Shown here in pieces: positions 17,071-26,162 of a stretch of DNA of 42,336 nucleotides. The position numbers and the translations under genes were made by a program. The notes under the pieces were generated by a model. The model ran no database searches, was not told the origin of the DNA, and saw nothing but the letters and a program-made list of their open reading frames with translations. Source of the DNA: Pseudomonadota bacterium (GTDB lineage: Bacteria; Myxococcota_A; Bradymonadia; UBA4248). Every line of letters begins with the position of its first letter. Position 1 is the first letter of the stretch. The DNA lies in contig JAFUEE010000179.1 in NCBI GenBank assembly GCA_017464085.1, positions 1 to 42,336 on the forward strand. The letters run 5' to 3'.

Positions 17071-19530
17071 ATGAAAAAAATGCATCTCAAGATGCTTGTC
17101 TTGTTACTTGGAAGCGCGCTTCTTGTGTCTGCTTGTGACAGCAATTCGGAAAATCAGGAAGAGAAGCCGGGACCCGGAGTTGGGACTTGTGAAGGGGATG
17201 ATTGCGAGGATCCTGAGGTGTGCACTCCTGCGAATTGCCCCAATGGCACATGCATGTATGGCAAGTGTGTGGAAGCGTGTACGGGAAGTGACTGCGAAAA
17301 GCCGGAAACATGCACGTCTGCGAACTGCCCGGATGGGGAATGCGTGGACGGCGTATGCAGAGAGATTTGCCCGAACGGCCGCAATGAGGATGGCAGCTGC
17401 ATCGTCGTTTCGAAATGTTCCGCGCCTGATGAAGACAAGGACGGGATCTCGGATGAACATGAGGGACGCGCGTCCAATCGTGACACGGATGGCGACACGG
17501 TGCCGGACTATCTGGATGATGACAGCGACGGCGACACGATTCCCGACAGCGTGGAAGCAAACAATGGCGGATGTTCAGGAACCGCGCCCGATGATGCGGA
17601 CTATGACCTGATACCGAATTACCTCGACACGGACAGCGACAACAACGGCATTCTCGACAGCGCGGAAGCCGGTGCGGATCCGGCGAAGCCCGTGGACAGC
17701 GATGGCGATACGGTGCCGGATTATCTGGATGACGACAACGACGGCGACGGCCTGTCGGATGATCTGGAAATCTATGGGGAAGCGGCATTTGGCCTGGATG
17801 TTCCTGAAGGAAAGATCTCTGCGGACTGTGACGGCGACGGCGCGCATGATGATGCAGGGAGCCCGGAACATCCGCGCGACTGCGACAAGGATGGCGTGCC
17901 CGATTATATGTCTGTTGACAGCGATGGCGACACGATCCCGGATCAGCATGAAGGGCAGCACCGCGCGAGCCAGTATTTGGCGCGGTATTCCAAGGACAGC
18001 GATGAGAATGGCATTCCGGACAGCGTGGAATGTCACGGTACGCCCGATGAGAACGGGCTTATGACGGTCTGTGTGGACACGGATGGCGACACGATCCCGG
18101 ATTATCGCTCGCTCGACAATGACGGGGATCTGCTCTCTGATATGTACGAAAAAGAGATCGGCACAGACCCGGACAACGCGGATACGGATGGTGACGGCGC
18201 GAACGATATGGTCGAGATCGGTGCGGGGACGGATCCGCTTGATCCGAATGTCAATCCGCAGAGCAGGGGCGATTTTGTGTTCACCGTGCCTTATGGCAAG
18301 AAATCCACGCCCGACAAGCAGTCGCTGAGCTTTGCGACATCTGTGCAGAAGGTCGATATCTATTTTGCAGTCGATACGAGCATGTCGATGCAGGATGAGA
18401 TCAAGACGCTGCAGGAATATCTGCCCGATATGCTCGAGGAGATGCGGTGCAAAGAGCTCGGCAAGGACTGCGAGAGCAACAGCGACTGTCTGGAACTGAA
18501 TGAGGGCAAGGCGCTGTGCAGCGAGCAGAAGCGATGCATCGAGGATCCGCATACGGTCACGGCTGTGAATGCAGAGGGGGAGGAAGAAATCGTCGGCTGC
18601 TTCACGGATATGTGGACGGGATTTGGCGTGTGGGGCAATCTGAACTCGTTCAAGAACAAGCAGTCCATTAACGAGGACACGAAGGCGACGACGGATGCGC
18701 TCGGCGCAGTTGTTTTTAATGCCGAGGGTGACGATGAGAATACGATACAGCCTCCGGCATGCGTGTCTGAGGGCGTGACGTTCTGCACGAACACTGAGAC
18801 GATCGCATGCTATAAGGGCAAGGAAAAGCGCAAGGGGTGTGTCGGCTATCGCAAGGACGCGATCAAGATTCTCGTGCAGGCAGGCGATGAGCAGAACAAA
18901 AATGACGGTCTCGGCTTCAATGTGTCTGATGCCGGAAAAGTCGGGGAGTCGCTGCGCAAGAACAGCATCCGGTATCTCGGCCTGTATGGCAGCAAGGATG
19001 CTTATGACCATGGCATGAAGCAGCTCGCGTGCTATGCCGGCTCCTGTCCGGACAGCGAGGATTGCGCGGCGACCTATCATGACTGCACACGCATGACCGC
19101 AGCGGAAAACAAGGCGCTTTTCCTCGCGGCGATCAATAACGCGGACATCAAGGAAAAGACTGTCGAGAACGTGCGCAAGCTTGCGAACAAGATGAAGCTC
19201 AAGATCACCTCGGACGTGGAGGATATCGATAAGGATGCGTCGAAACTCGTCAAGGCATTGAAGGTCAATATCACGGATGAGGAAGTTCAGGGCAAGCCGT
19301 GTTCGAAAGTCGAAGGCATTTCCGGAGAGCCGTTCGAGTCTATCGCGCATCTGTCACCGGGCCTGAGCGTGTGCTTTGATGTGATTCCGGAAGATTTCCA
19401 GAAGGTGTTTCCGCCGACGGACAAGCCGCAGCTCAAGCGGGCCAGAATCAAGGTTATGGGCGACGGCTCGACATTGAACACGGGGGTCGCGTACTTCCTG
19501 ATCCCGCCTGGAACGCAGGAAGTCAACTGA
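17071..19530 (+). CDS. TSP3-repeat / vWA-domain lipoprotein, paralog 3
   Basis: The start is ATG 17071 after CAGGAG. The signal is 'MKKMHLKMLVLLLGSALLVSAC', and it has the vWA metal-binding motif 'DTSMSM'. An A7 tract lies in codons 2-3. Confidence 0.85.
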   Translation: MKKMHLKMLVLLLGSALLVSACDSNSENQEEKPGPGVGTCEGDDCEDPEVCTPANCPNGTCMYGKCVEACTGSDCEKPETCTSANCPDGECVDGVCREICPNGRNEDGSCIVVSKCSAPDEDKDGISDEHEGRASNRDTDGDTVPDYLDDDSDGDTIPDSVEANNGGCSGTAPDDADYDLIPNYLDTDSDNNGILDSAEAGADPAKPVDSDGDTVPDYLDDDNDGDGLSDDLEIYGEAAFGLDVPEGKISADCDGDGAHDDAGSPEHPRDCDKDGVPDYMSVDSDGDTIPDQHEGQHRASQYLARYSKDSDENGIPDSVECHGTPDENGLMTVCVDTDGDTIPDYRSLDNDGDLLSDMYEKEIGTDPDNADTDGDGANDMVEIGAGTDPLDPNVNPQSRGDFVFTVPYGKKSTPDKQSLSFATSVQKVDIYFAVDTSMSMQDEIKTLQEYLPDMLEEMRCKELGKDCESNSDCLELNEGKALCSEQKRCIEDPHTVTAVNAEGEEEIVGCFTDMWTGFGVWGNLNSFKNKQSINEDTKATTDALGAVVFNAEGDDENTIQPPACVSEGVTFCTNTETIACYKGKEKRKGCVGYRKDAIKILVQAGDEQNKNDGLGFNVSDAGKVGESLRKNSIRYLGLYGSKDAYDHGMKQLACYAGSCPDSEDCAATYHDCTRMTAAENKALFLAAINNADIKEKTVENVRKLANKMKLKITSDVEDIDKDASKLVKALKVNITDEEVQGKPCSKVEGISGEPFESIAHLSPGLSVCFDVIPEDFQKVFPPTDKPQLKRARIKVMGDGSTLNTGVAYFLIPPGTQEVN

Positions 19531-19547
19531 TCTGAGTGAATAAGTTT

Positions 19548-19577
19548 ACGGGCGCATTTGAATGCGCCCGTTTTCTG
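19548..19577 (+). terminator. Rho-independent terminator after paralog 3 (ACGGGCGCA-tttgaa-TGCGCCCGT + TTTCT)
   Basis: The 9-bp stem is perfect. Coordinates are +/-1. Confidence 0.8.
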
Positions 19578-19639
19578 TATCTGATTGAGTGGCTGCTTGG
19601 ATTGATGCGCGCAGTGCTTGGGGCTGATATGGAATCAAT

Positions 19640-19800
19640 CATAATGTATGGCTGTTCAGAAATTGCATGAAGATTGCAATTTAGAATATTATATATTATT
19701 TGTGGAATTTGTATTTATATAATTATGTATAAATATGGTGATAATATATATAAATTTTCAGTCATTTGAATGGCAATGATTTTTCGGCAGCAGTGGGAAG
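19640..19800. promoter_or_regulatory. Markedly AT-rich island (about 160 bp, visually <25% GC versus a genome around 57%) with the inverted repeat AAATTGCA-N7-TGCAATTT; upstream of paralog 4
   Basis: Compositional contrast is seen directly. Multiple TATAAT-like hexamers are present. Confidence 0.5.
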
Positions 19801-20030
19801 ACACTGATGGGATTCCGGGAGACAATAGCCAGTATGTGCGAGAGGCACATCTGCGAGGCGATTTGTACGGATGGGGCACAGGGCGCATGGTGAAGCTGAG
19901 CGAGATGCCGACGCATGCTCTGTGTTGCCCACAAAAAAATGCGCAGTGATTGCAAATATCTGTTAAGCTATGAAAGTGTTGTGTGTTTGAACAAGCCCTT
20001 TGTGGTGATGTTGTGTTGGAGTGAGTGATC

Positions 20031-22502
20031 ATGGCGATACAGAAGCGTTTGGGGATGATCTTGTGCATGTTTTCCGGAATTTGGGCGTTATCTGGATGCG
20101 GCGGGGAGAAGCCGCATTCGGATAACGATCCGTGCGCGGATGGGGCTTGCCAGGAGGCGCATTGCAATGCCGAGACATGCCCGGACGGGGCGTGTCTCGA
20201 TGGGGAATGCGTCAGAACGTGCGCAGGCGCGTCATGTGATGCGAAGTGCAGCGCCGAGACATGCCCGGACGGGGAGTGCGTGAATGACGAATGCCTCGAG
20301 AAGTGCCTGAATGGCAGAGATGAAACAGGCAGATGCATGGAGGATGCGCCGAAGTGCAAGGCCCCCGATGCGGACCGCGACGGTATTTCGGATGCGGACG
20401 AAGGGCGTTCGGAAAATCGCGATACGGATGGCGATGGAGAGCCAGATTATCTGGACGATGACAGTGACGGGGATACGATACCGGACAGCGTGGAAGCGCG
20501 CAACGGCGGCTGTTCGGATAACAGGCCGGCGGATACGGATTATGACGGGGAGCCTGATTATCTGGATGACGACAGCGACGGCAACGGTATTCCGGACCGC
20601 ATTGAGGCGGGGGCGGATCCAGCGCATCCGATCGACACGGACGGCGACGGGGAGCCCGATGTTGTAGATGATGACAACGATGGGGACGGCATCTCGGATG
20701 TCATTGAAATCTATGGCGAAGTCGCGACAGGCCTTCAGGTGCCTGCGGGCAAGATCTCTGCGGACTGCGACGGGGATGGCGAACCGGATGACGAAGGGAC
20801 TGCGGAAGCGCCGCGCGACTGCGACGCGAATGGGATGCCCGACTATCTCGATCCGGACAGCGACGGGGATACGCTGCCCGATGCGTATGAGCGCTTCGAA
20901 CGCACCGGGCAGTGGTTTGCGCGCTATTCATCCGACAGTGACGGAAATGGGGAGCCGGATCGCGAGGAATGTGGCGGATCGCCGGATGAGAATGGCTATT
21001 TGTCAGCCTGTGTCGACACGGACGGTGACGGCAAGCCGGATTATCTCGATCTCGACGATGACGGCGATTCGCTTCCCGATATCTATGAGAGGGCGCACGG
21101 GCTTAATCCCAAACATCAGGATACGGACGGGGATGGCGCGGATGATCTTATTGAAATCGGTGCAGGCACGGACCCGACAGATCCGAACGTGAATCCGCAG
21201 AGCGAAGGGAATTTCGTGTTCAAAGTGCCGTACCGCGGGAAATCGTCGCCGGAAAAGCAGACCCTGAGCTTCGAGACTGCCATTCAGCTGATAGACCTGT
21301 TCTTTATCGTGGACAACACGGGGTCGATGGGGGAGGAGACGCAGGCATTTGCCGAATCGCTCCCTGCGATACTCCAGACGCTTCAGTGCACGGACAAGGG
21401 CAAGAAGTGCGAGGATAACAATGACTGTGCGGAATTCGAGCATTCGATCTGTTCTGAATCCGGCAAATGCATCCAGTCGCCAGCGTACGGCGATGGCTGT
21501 TTTGACAAGATGCAGACGGGCATCGGGTTTTATTCGAAGATGGATTCATTCTGGGTCGCCAGTGCTGTCGGGGACGATGTGAAAAAGACTGTTTCGGCGC
21601 TCAAGGCACGTTTCAGCTCGATCACGACGAAAGACGAGAGCTATGACGGGTTCTGCTCGACAGGTAATTATGAGCCGCCTTATCAGATGCCGATTTGCGC
21701 GCTTCTGGGCACGGATACGTTCAATGGCAAGCAGTACTGCCGAGCGGAGGGGAATGCGACGTGCAAGGTCTCCCCGACTGCGGACAAGACATGCGGCGTG
21801 TACAGCACGTGCAAGATCGGGTGTTCTGGCGACAGCACTCGCTTGGGGTGCGCCGGCTTCCGGAATGAGGCGATACGCCTGATCATTGAGGTGTTCGACG
21901 AGGAAGAATGCGCGCTGAACAAGGGGGATGATGTCAAGGCGCGCTGCGATTCGTTCCGGGCGTCGATCGGCTCGGTGCTCAAGAAATATACGACGCGATA
22001 TATCGGCCTGTGGGGGACATATAACAACGTCGCGATGGAAGATACGGCAAAGGCGATCAGCCTGGCGGTCAACGGCACAGACCAGTATGCGTTCGAGGCG
22101 CAGGATGCGAATGTCGTGGCCCAGACGATCGATGGCGTCCGCAAAATCGCCAAGAATATGCCGATTGATGTGACCACAAGCGTCGAGGATATCGACGAGA
22201 ACGCATCAAAGCTCGTGAAGGCGCTCAGAGTGAACGTCACGGATGAAGAAGTTCAGGGGCGTGCGTGCACGAAAGTCCCGAACATCAGCGGTGAGGATTT
22301 TCAGTCGATCGGGGCGCTCCACCCGGGCACGAGCGTCTGTTATGACGTGATCCCGCTCGATTATCAGGATGTGATCAGGCCGACGTCGGAGCCGCAGGTG
22401 GTCCGCGCAAAGATCAAGGTCATGGGGGACGGCTCGACGCTGAACTCGGGCATTGCATATTTTCTGATTCCGCCGGTGATCGGGGATGAGCAGGTGAACT
22501 GA
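20031..22502 (+). CDS. TSP3-repeat / vWA-domain lipoprotein, paralog 4 (most divergent: 'DGEPDY' repeat variant; vWA metal-binding motif 'DNTGSM'; longer Cys-rich post-vWA region)
   Basis: The start is ATG 20031; the track ORF starts at an in-frame GTG at 20025. The signal is 'MAIQKRLGMILCMFSGIWALSGC'. Confidence 0.8.
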   Translation: MAIQKRLGMILCMFSGIWALSGCGGEKPHSDNDPCADGACQEAHCNAETCPDGACLDGECVRTCAGASCDAKCSAETCPDGECVNDECLEKCLNGRDETGRCMEDAPKCKAPDADRDGISDADEGRSENRDTDGDGEPDYLDDDSDGDTIPDSVEARNGGCSDNRPADTDYDGEPDYLDDDSDGNGIPDRIEAGADPAHPIDTDGDGEPDVVDDDNDGDGISDVIEIYGEVATGLQVPAGKISADCDGDGEPDDEGTAEAPRDCDANGMPDYLDPDSDGDTLPDAYERFERTGQWFARYSSDSDGNGEPDREECGGSPDENGYLSACVDTDGDGKPDYLDLDDDGDSLPDIYERAHGLNPKHQDTDGDGADDLIEIGAGTDPTDPNVNPQSEGNFVFKVPYRGKSSPEKQTLSFETAIQLIDLFFIVDNTGSMGEETQAFAESLPAILQTLQCTDKGKKCEDNNDCAEFEHSICSESGKCIQSPAYGDGCFDKMQTGIGFYSKMDSFWVASAVGDDVKKTVSALKARFSSITTKDESYDGFCSTGNYEPPYQMPICALLGTDTFNGKQYCRAEGNATCKVSPTADKTCGVYSTCKIGCSGDSTRLGCAGFRNEAIRLIIEVFDEEECALNKGDDVKARCDSFRASIGSVLKKYTTRYIGLWGTYNNVAMEDTAKAISLAVNGTDQYAFEAQDANVVAQTIDGVRKIAKNMPIDVTTSVEDIDENASKLVKALRVNVTDEEVQGRACTKVPNISGEDFQSIGALHPGTSVCYDVIPLDYQDVIRPTSEPQVVRAKIKVMGDGSTLNSGIAYFLIPPVIGDEQVN

Positions 22503-22711
22503 GTGCCGGGGCGTTGGCTCAGGCATTCGGGACTTCGATATGCTTGTTTTGTTTTGGGGAGGGGGAAGACTCCCCCTTCGCGGCTATTTGCAAGCAAATA
22601 CGCCGCTGCCCCCTCGACATTGGGCTTGCAGGTGCCAAATTCAATGGTGAATATTGAGCGAATAATTTATACTCAGAGAAGCACATTTTCGTGCTTGTAG
22701 CGGAGAGTGAT

Positions 22712-23350
22712 ATGGTCAGCTGGTTTTCTGGATTGAGCGGGTTTGAGCAAGTTTTTTATGTGATTGCTTTTATATCGACATTATTTTTTATACTGAAGAC
22801 TGTGCTGATGACCTTGGGCATAGGCAATGGCGGGATTGATATCGATGGCGACGGGATTGTGGATATTCCGGACAGCTTGGATATCAATGGCGATGGCGTG
22901 CTCGACAGCGCGGACGAGAATGCGGCATCAGCGCTTCATTTTTTCAGCCTTCACGGCATTCTGGCATTTTTCTGCGTGGGCTCGTGGGTGACGCTTGGCA
23001 CGCTGAACGCGTTTGGCATTCATATTCTTGCGCTGTTGTGCGGGTTTGTGGCAGGCAGCATCATGCTCGTGGTATGTGCCTATCTGACGCGCGCCCTGAT
23101 GAGCCTGGAAGCGAGCGGCAATGTGAACACGAAGCGCGCGATCGGCAAAGAAGGGGAGGTCTATCTGATGATCCCGCCGCACGAGAAGGGCAAGGGCAAG
23201 GTCAATATCGAGCTCAATGGCAAGCTGTGCGAATATGATGCGGTGAGTCTGGATCCGATGCCGATCAAGTACGGCACGCAGGTGCGCGTTGTCGATGTGC
23301 TCGACGACGATGTGATGGTCGTTCAGCGCCTGGCAGAAGAGCTTGAATAG
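22712..23350 (+). CDS. NfeD-like membrane protein (N-terminal TM helices, Asp/Gly-rich loop, C-terminal OB-fold 'GKVNIELNGKLCEYDAVSL...VRVVDV')
   Basis: The start is ATG 22712 after GGAGAG. This is the typical partner of SPFH/flotillin proteins. Confidence 0.7.
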   Translation: MVSWFSGLSGFEQVFYVIAFISTLFFILKTVLMTLGIGNGGIDIDGDGIVDIPDSLDINGDGVLDSADENAASALHFFSLHGILAFFCVGSWVTLGTLNAFGIHILALLCGFVAGSIMLVVCAYLTRALMSLEASGNVNTKRAIGKEGEVYLMIPPHEKGKGKVNIELNGKLCEYDAVSLDPMPIKYGTQVRVVDVLDDDVMVVQRLAEELE

Positions 23351-23464
23351 CGTTCCGCGCAAGGTGAAAGTTTAGTTTTGGGGAGCTTGTCGGCAGTGAT
23401 GACTGTGCATGATTTCATTTTGCGGACGAAAATTGAGTAATTTGACGGAAACCATGTTTTACTT

Positions 23465-23636
23465 AAGGCTGTGTTCAACGTCCGTGGATATGAAATACAA
23501 GGCAGCAGGCAATAGAATGTAGGCAGTAGTGCGCATGATAAAGGCAAAAGCTTTTATATGGAGAGGCTATTGATGCTTGATTGCCGATAATACATGGCAT
23601 TTGGGAGCCATATCCACGCCTGTTGAACAGAGCCTT
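23465..23636. mobile_element. MITE family A copy (about 170 bp; TIR TAAGGCTGTGTTCAAC ... GTTGAACAGAGCCTTA)
   Basis: It is homologous to 210..371 in inverted orientation and to 25728..25922. It sits between the NfeD-like and flotillin genes. Confidence 0.7.
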
Positions 23637-23641
23637 ACTTA

Positions 23642-23754
23642 AGGAAGCTCTGAATAATTCGAAAACCTCCTGGGGATGCGGGCGTCTCGCCCGCACAAAA
23701 CTTATGCGTCTGAAATACTATTGTCCAAAAAACGGCAATTGTTCAGACCTTCCT
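23642..23754. mobile_element. MITE family B copy (113 bp), immediately adjacent to the MITE-A copy
   Basis: It is nearly identical to 5350..5462. Confidence 0.7.
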
Positions 23755-24052
23755 TAATTATTATTTATAATGCAGGTCTTTTATCGTCATGGAGTGATGG
23801 GGAGATTCTGGCGGATTTGCCACTTGATGCAGCTGTGATAGGTAAGGAAAGTTTAACTTCAAGTGTGTTTGGCAAGTGAAATGGCGTTGCAACTGCAGGC
23901 GTGTTAGGGTAGAAATAGATACGTGAGCTTGGTGCGGTCTTAAAAAAAGATAACGCGCCGTATGAAATAGGCGCGTTTGGGGAGCGTATTTTCGCCTGGC
24001 GAAAATAGCTCCCTGTACGCAAAATCATCACCCACACGAGGAGGGAAAAGCC

Positions 24053-25723
24053 GTGGATGACATGATACTTTGGATTGTTGTTGCTGTTTGTGTGATCATT
24101 GTGATCAGTTTGATTGCGGGGTTCATGAAGCGTTATCATCGCTGCCCGTCGGATAAGGTGCTTGTCATCTACGGACGTCTTGGCAAGGATGCCAATGGAG
24201 AGCAGAAGTCGGCCAAATGTATCCACGGCGGTGCGGCATTTGTGTGGCCGTTCCTTCAGGATTGCCAGTTCCTCGATTTGACGCCGTTTTCGATCAACAT
24301 CGACCTGAGAGGCGCGCTTTCGAAGCAGAACATCCGTGTGGACGTGCCCGCGAGCTTCACGGTCGGCATCTCGACAGAGCCGAAAGTCATGCAGAATGCG
24401 GCAGAGCGCCTCCTTGGCCTTTCGCTCCACAATGTCGTGAGCCTTGCGAATGAAATCATCCTCGGCCAGCTTCGTCTGATCATCGCGACGATGGATATTG
24501 AAGAGCTGAACACGCAGCGCGACAAATTCATGAGCGAAGTTCAGCAGTGCGTGGAATCGGAGCTCAAGAAGATCGGCCTGAAGCTGATCAACGCCAACCT
24601 CACGGATATCCGCGACCAGTCCGGTTATATCGAAGCTCTCGGCAAAGAGGCGGAAGCGAAGGCGCTGAACGAAGCGAAGCGCAACGTTGCTGAGCGCAAC
24701 CGTGAAGGTAACACGGGTGAAAAAGACGAGAAGGCTCGCGAAGCGATCGAACTGGCGCAGAAAGATCGTGAGCAGCGTGCCGGTGTTGCGAAGGAAATGG
24801 CGGCGGCCATTGCGGCGGAAAAAGAAGCAGAGACGAAACAGCGCTCTGACATCGCGAATGCGGATGCGGCAGCCATCGCGGCAGAAAAAGCGGCTGAGAC
24901 GAAGAAGAGAGCTGACATCGCGAATGCGGATGCGGCGGCCATCGCGGCAGAAAAAGCGGCTGAGACGAAGAAGAGAACGGATATCGCGAATGCGAACGCT
25001 GAAGCTGTGGCTTCCGAAAAAGCGGCAGAAAAAGAACAGCGTGCGGCAGTGGCCAATGCCAATGCCGAGGCCATCGCGGCAGAAAACCAGGCTGCTGCAG
25101 CCATCGCGCTCTCTGAAGCAAGCCGTCGTGAGGCCGAAGCTGAAGCCCGCGCCCGTGCATACAGCGCCGAAAAGGTCAAGAATGCCCGCGCTTTGAGCGA
25201 AGCGTATGCAGCAGAAGAAAAAGCAGAAATCGCCCGTGCCGAACGTCAGAAAGCGACGATGCAGGCCGATGTCCTCGTTCAGGCCGATATTGAAAAACGC
25301 CGTATCGAGATTGCTGCTGAGGCTGAAGCTGAAGCCATCCGCCGCAAGGCAAAAGGTCAGGCAGACGCTATGCTGGTCAAGATGCAGGCGGAAGCTGACG
25401 GTATCAAGGCTCAGCTCGCGAAACGCGCTGAAGGCTTCATGATGCTCGTCAAAGCCGCCAATGGCGATCCGGATGCCGCTGTCCGCTTGATGATGACTGA
25501 TAAGGTCGAAGATATCGTCAAGGCTCAGGTCGAGGCCATCAAGGGCGTGAACATCGACAAGATCACGGTTTGGGATTCGATGAGCGGTCAGGACGGTGCG
25601 TCCACGACTTCAAACTTCCTCAGCTCCATGATCAAATCAGTTCCCCCGATGAAAGATGTTTACAACATGGTCGGGCTGGATGTTCCCGTGATTAAAGACA
25701 AGGCCGAAACAAAAGAAGCCTGA
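24053..25723 (+). CDS. Flotillin-like SPFH/band-7 protein (YqiK/FloT-like) with a long Ala/Glu/Lys-rich repeat region
   Basis: The probable GTG start at 24053 has GAGGAGGG 7 nt upstream; ATG 24062 is the alternative. An N-terminal TM helix is followed by an SPFH core and 21-aa EA-rich repeats. Confidence 0.85.
   Translation: MDDMILWIVVAVCVIIVISLIAGFMKRYHRCPSDKVLVIYGRLGKDANGEQKSAKCIHGGAAFVWPFLQDCQFLDLTPFSINIDLRGALSKQNIRVDVPASFTVGISTEPKVMQNAAERLLGLSLHNVVSLANEIILGQLRLIIATMDIEELNTQRDKFMSEVQQCVESELKKIGLKLINANLTDIRDQSGYIEALGKEAEAKALNEAKRNVAERNREGNTGEKDEKAREAIELAQKDREQRAGVAKEMAAAIAAEKEAETKQRSDIANADAAAIAAEKAAETKKRADIANADAAAIAAEKAAETKKRTDIANANAEAVASEKAAEKEQRAAVANANAEAIAAENQAAAAIALSEASRREAEAEARARAYSAEKVKNARALSEAYAAEEKAEIARAERQKATMQADVLVQADIEKRRIEIAAEAEAEAIRRKAKGQADAMLVKMQAEADGIKAQLAKRAEGFMMLVKAANGDPDAAVRLMMTDKVEDIVKAQVEAIKGVNIDKITVWDSMSGQDGASTTSNFLSSMIKSVPPMKDVYNMVGLDVPVIKDKAETKEA
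24848..24979 (+). repeat. Near-perfect in-frame 63-bp tandem repeat x 2 (DIANADAAAIAAEKAAETKKR), within a wider degenerate repeat tract at about 24797..25088 of the flotillin gene
   Basis: The nucleotide-level direct repeat is visible. Confidence 0.8.
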
Positions 25724-25727
25724 TAAA

Positions 25728-25922
25728 AAGGCTCTGTTGAACGACTGTGGATATAAAAGGCAGTAGGCAGTAGGCAATAGGCAGTAGTAAGCATGATAAA
25801 AGTTCTAGTTTTATGCGGAGAGATTGTCATTGCTCACTTGCTGCTTGCCGATTGCCGATAAAAGGCTTGAGGATGATGTTCGACGACTCTCATTGCCATA
25901 TCCATGCTGGTTGAACAAAGCC
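25728..25922. mobile_element. MITE family A copy (about 195 bp; TIR AAGGCTCTGTTGAAC ... GTTGAACAAAGCC) inserted between the flotillin stop codon and its terminator
   Basis: It is homologous to the other two A copies. A further TIR-like fragment GGCTTTGTTCAA sits at 25959-25970 and another at about 26053-26064. Confidence 0.65.
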
Positions 25923-25925
25923 AAT

Positions 25926-25958
25926 AAAAAAGCCGCTGGAAACAGCGGCTTTTTTTAT
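25926..25958. terminator. Rho-independent terminator (AGCCGCTG-gaaa-CAGCGGCT + T7; A-tract on the other side, so potentially bidirectional)
   Basis: Seen directly; it follows the flotillin gene and the MITE. Confidence 0.85.
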
Positions 25959-26162
25959 TGGCTTTGTTCAATTTGTGAGGAGATTTTTTGTTGCACCTAT
26001 CCAGTGCGATTTACAAGCAATTATCTCGTTTAGACGCTTCGCTCTCATTTTGAACAGAGCCGTTTCTATCCGTTTTCCCAAAAACAATGCCTTTCTTTAG
26101 GAAGGGGGTATGGGGGAAACCCTTTCTTTGGGCACCAAAGAAAGAGGTTCCCCCACAAAAAA

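Noticed and set aside
13456-17144. ORFs 13456..14091 (-), 13886..14593 (-) and 16293..17144 (-) spanning the paralog intergenic regions
   Set aside because: They run through intrinsic terminators and the conserved promoter modules, overlap the 3' and 5' ends of sense genes, and have no SD.
14230-19350. Long antisense ORFs inside the TSP3-vWA paralogs (for example 14230..15129 -, 15057..15875 -, 17087..17788 -, 17575..19350 - at 591 aa, 20668..21192 +) and inside the LTD gene (8218..8901 -, 8739..9293 -)
   Set aside because: They are shadows of GC-rich, repeat-rich coding sequence with His/Arg/Pro/Cys-rich nonsense composition. The sense frames have signal peptides, domains and terminators.
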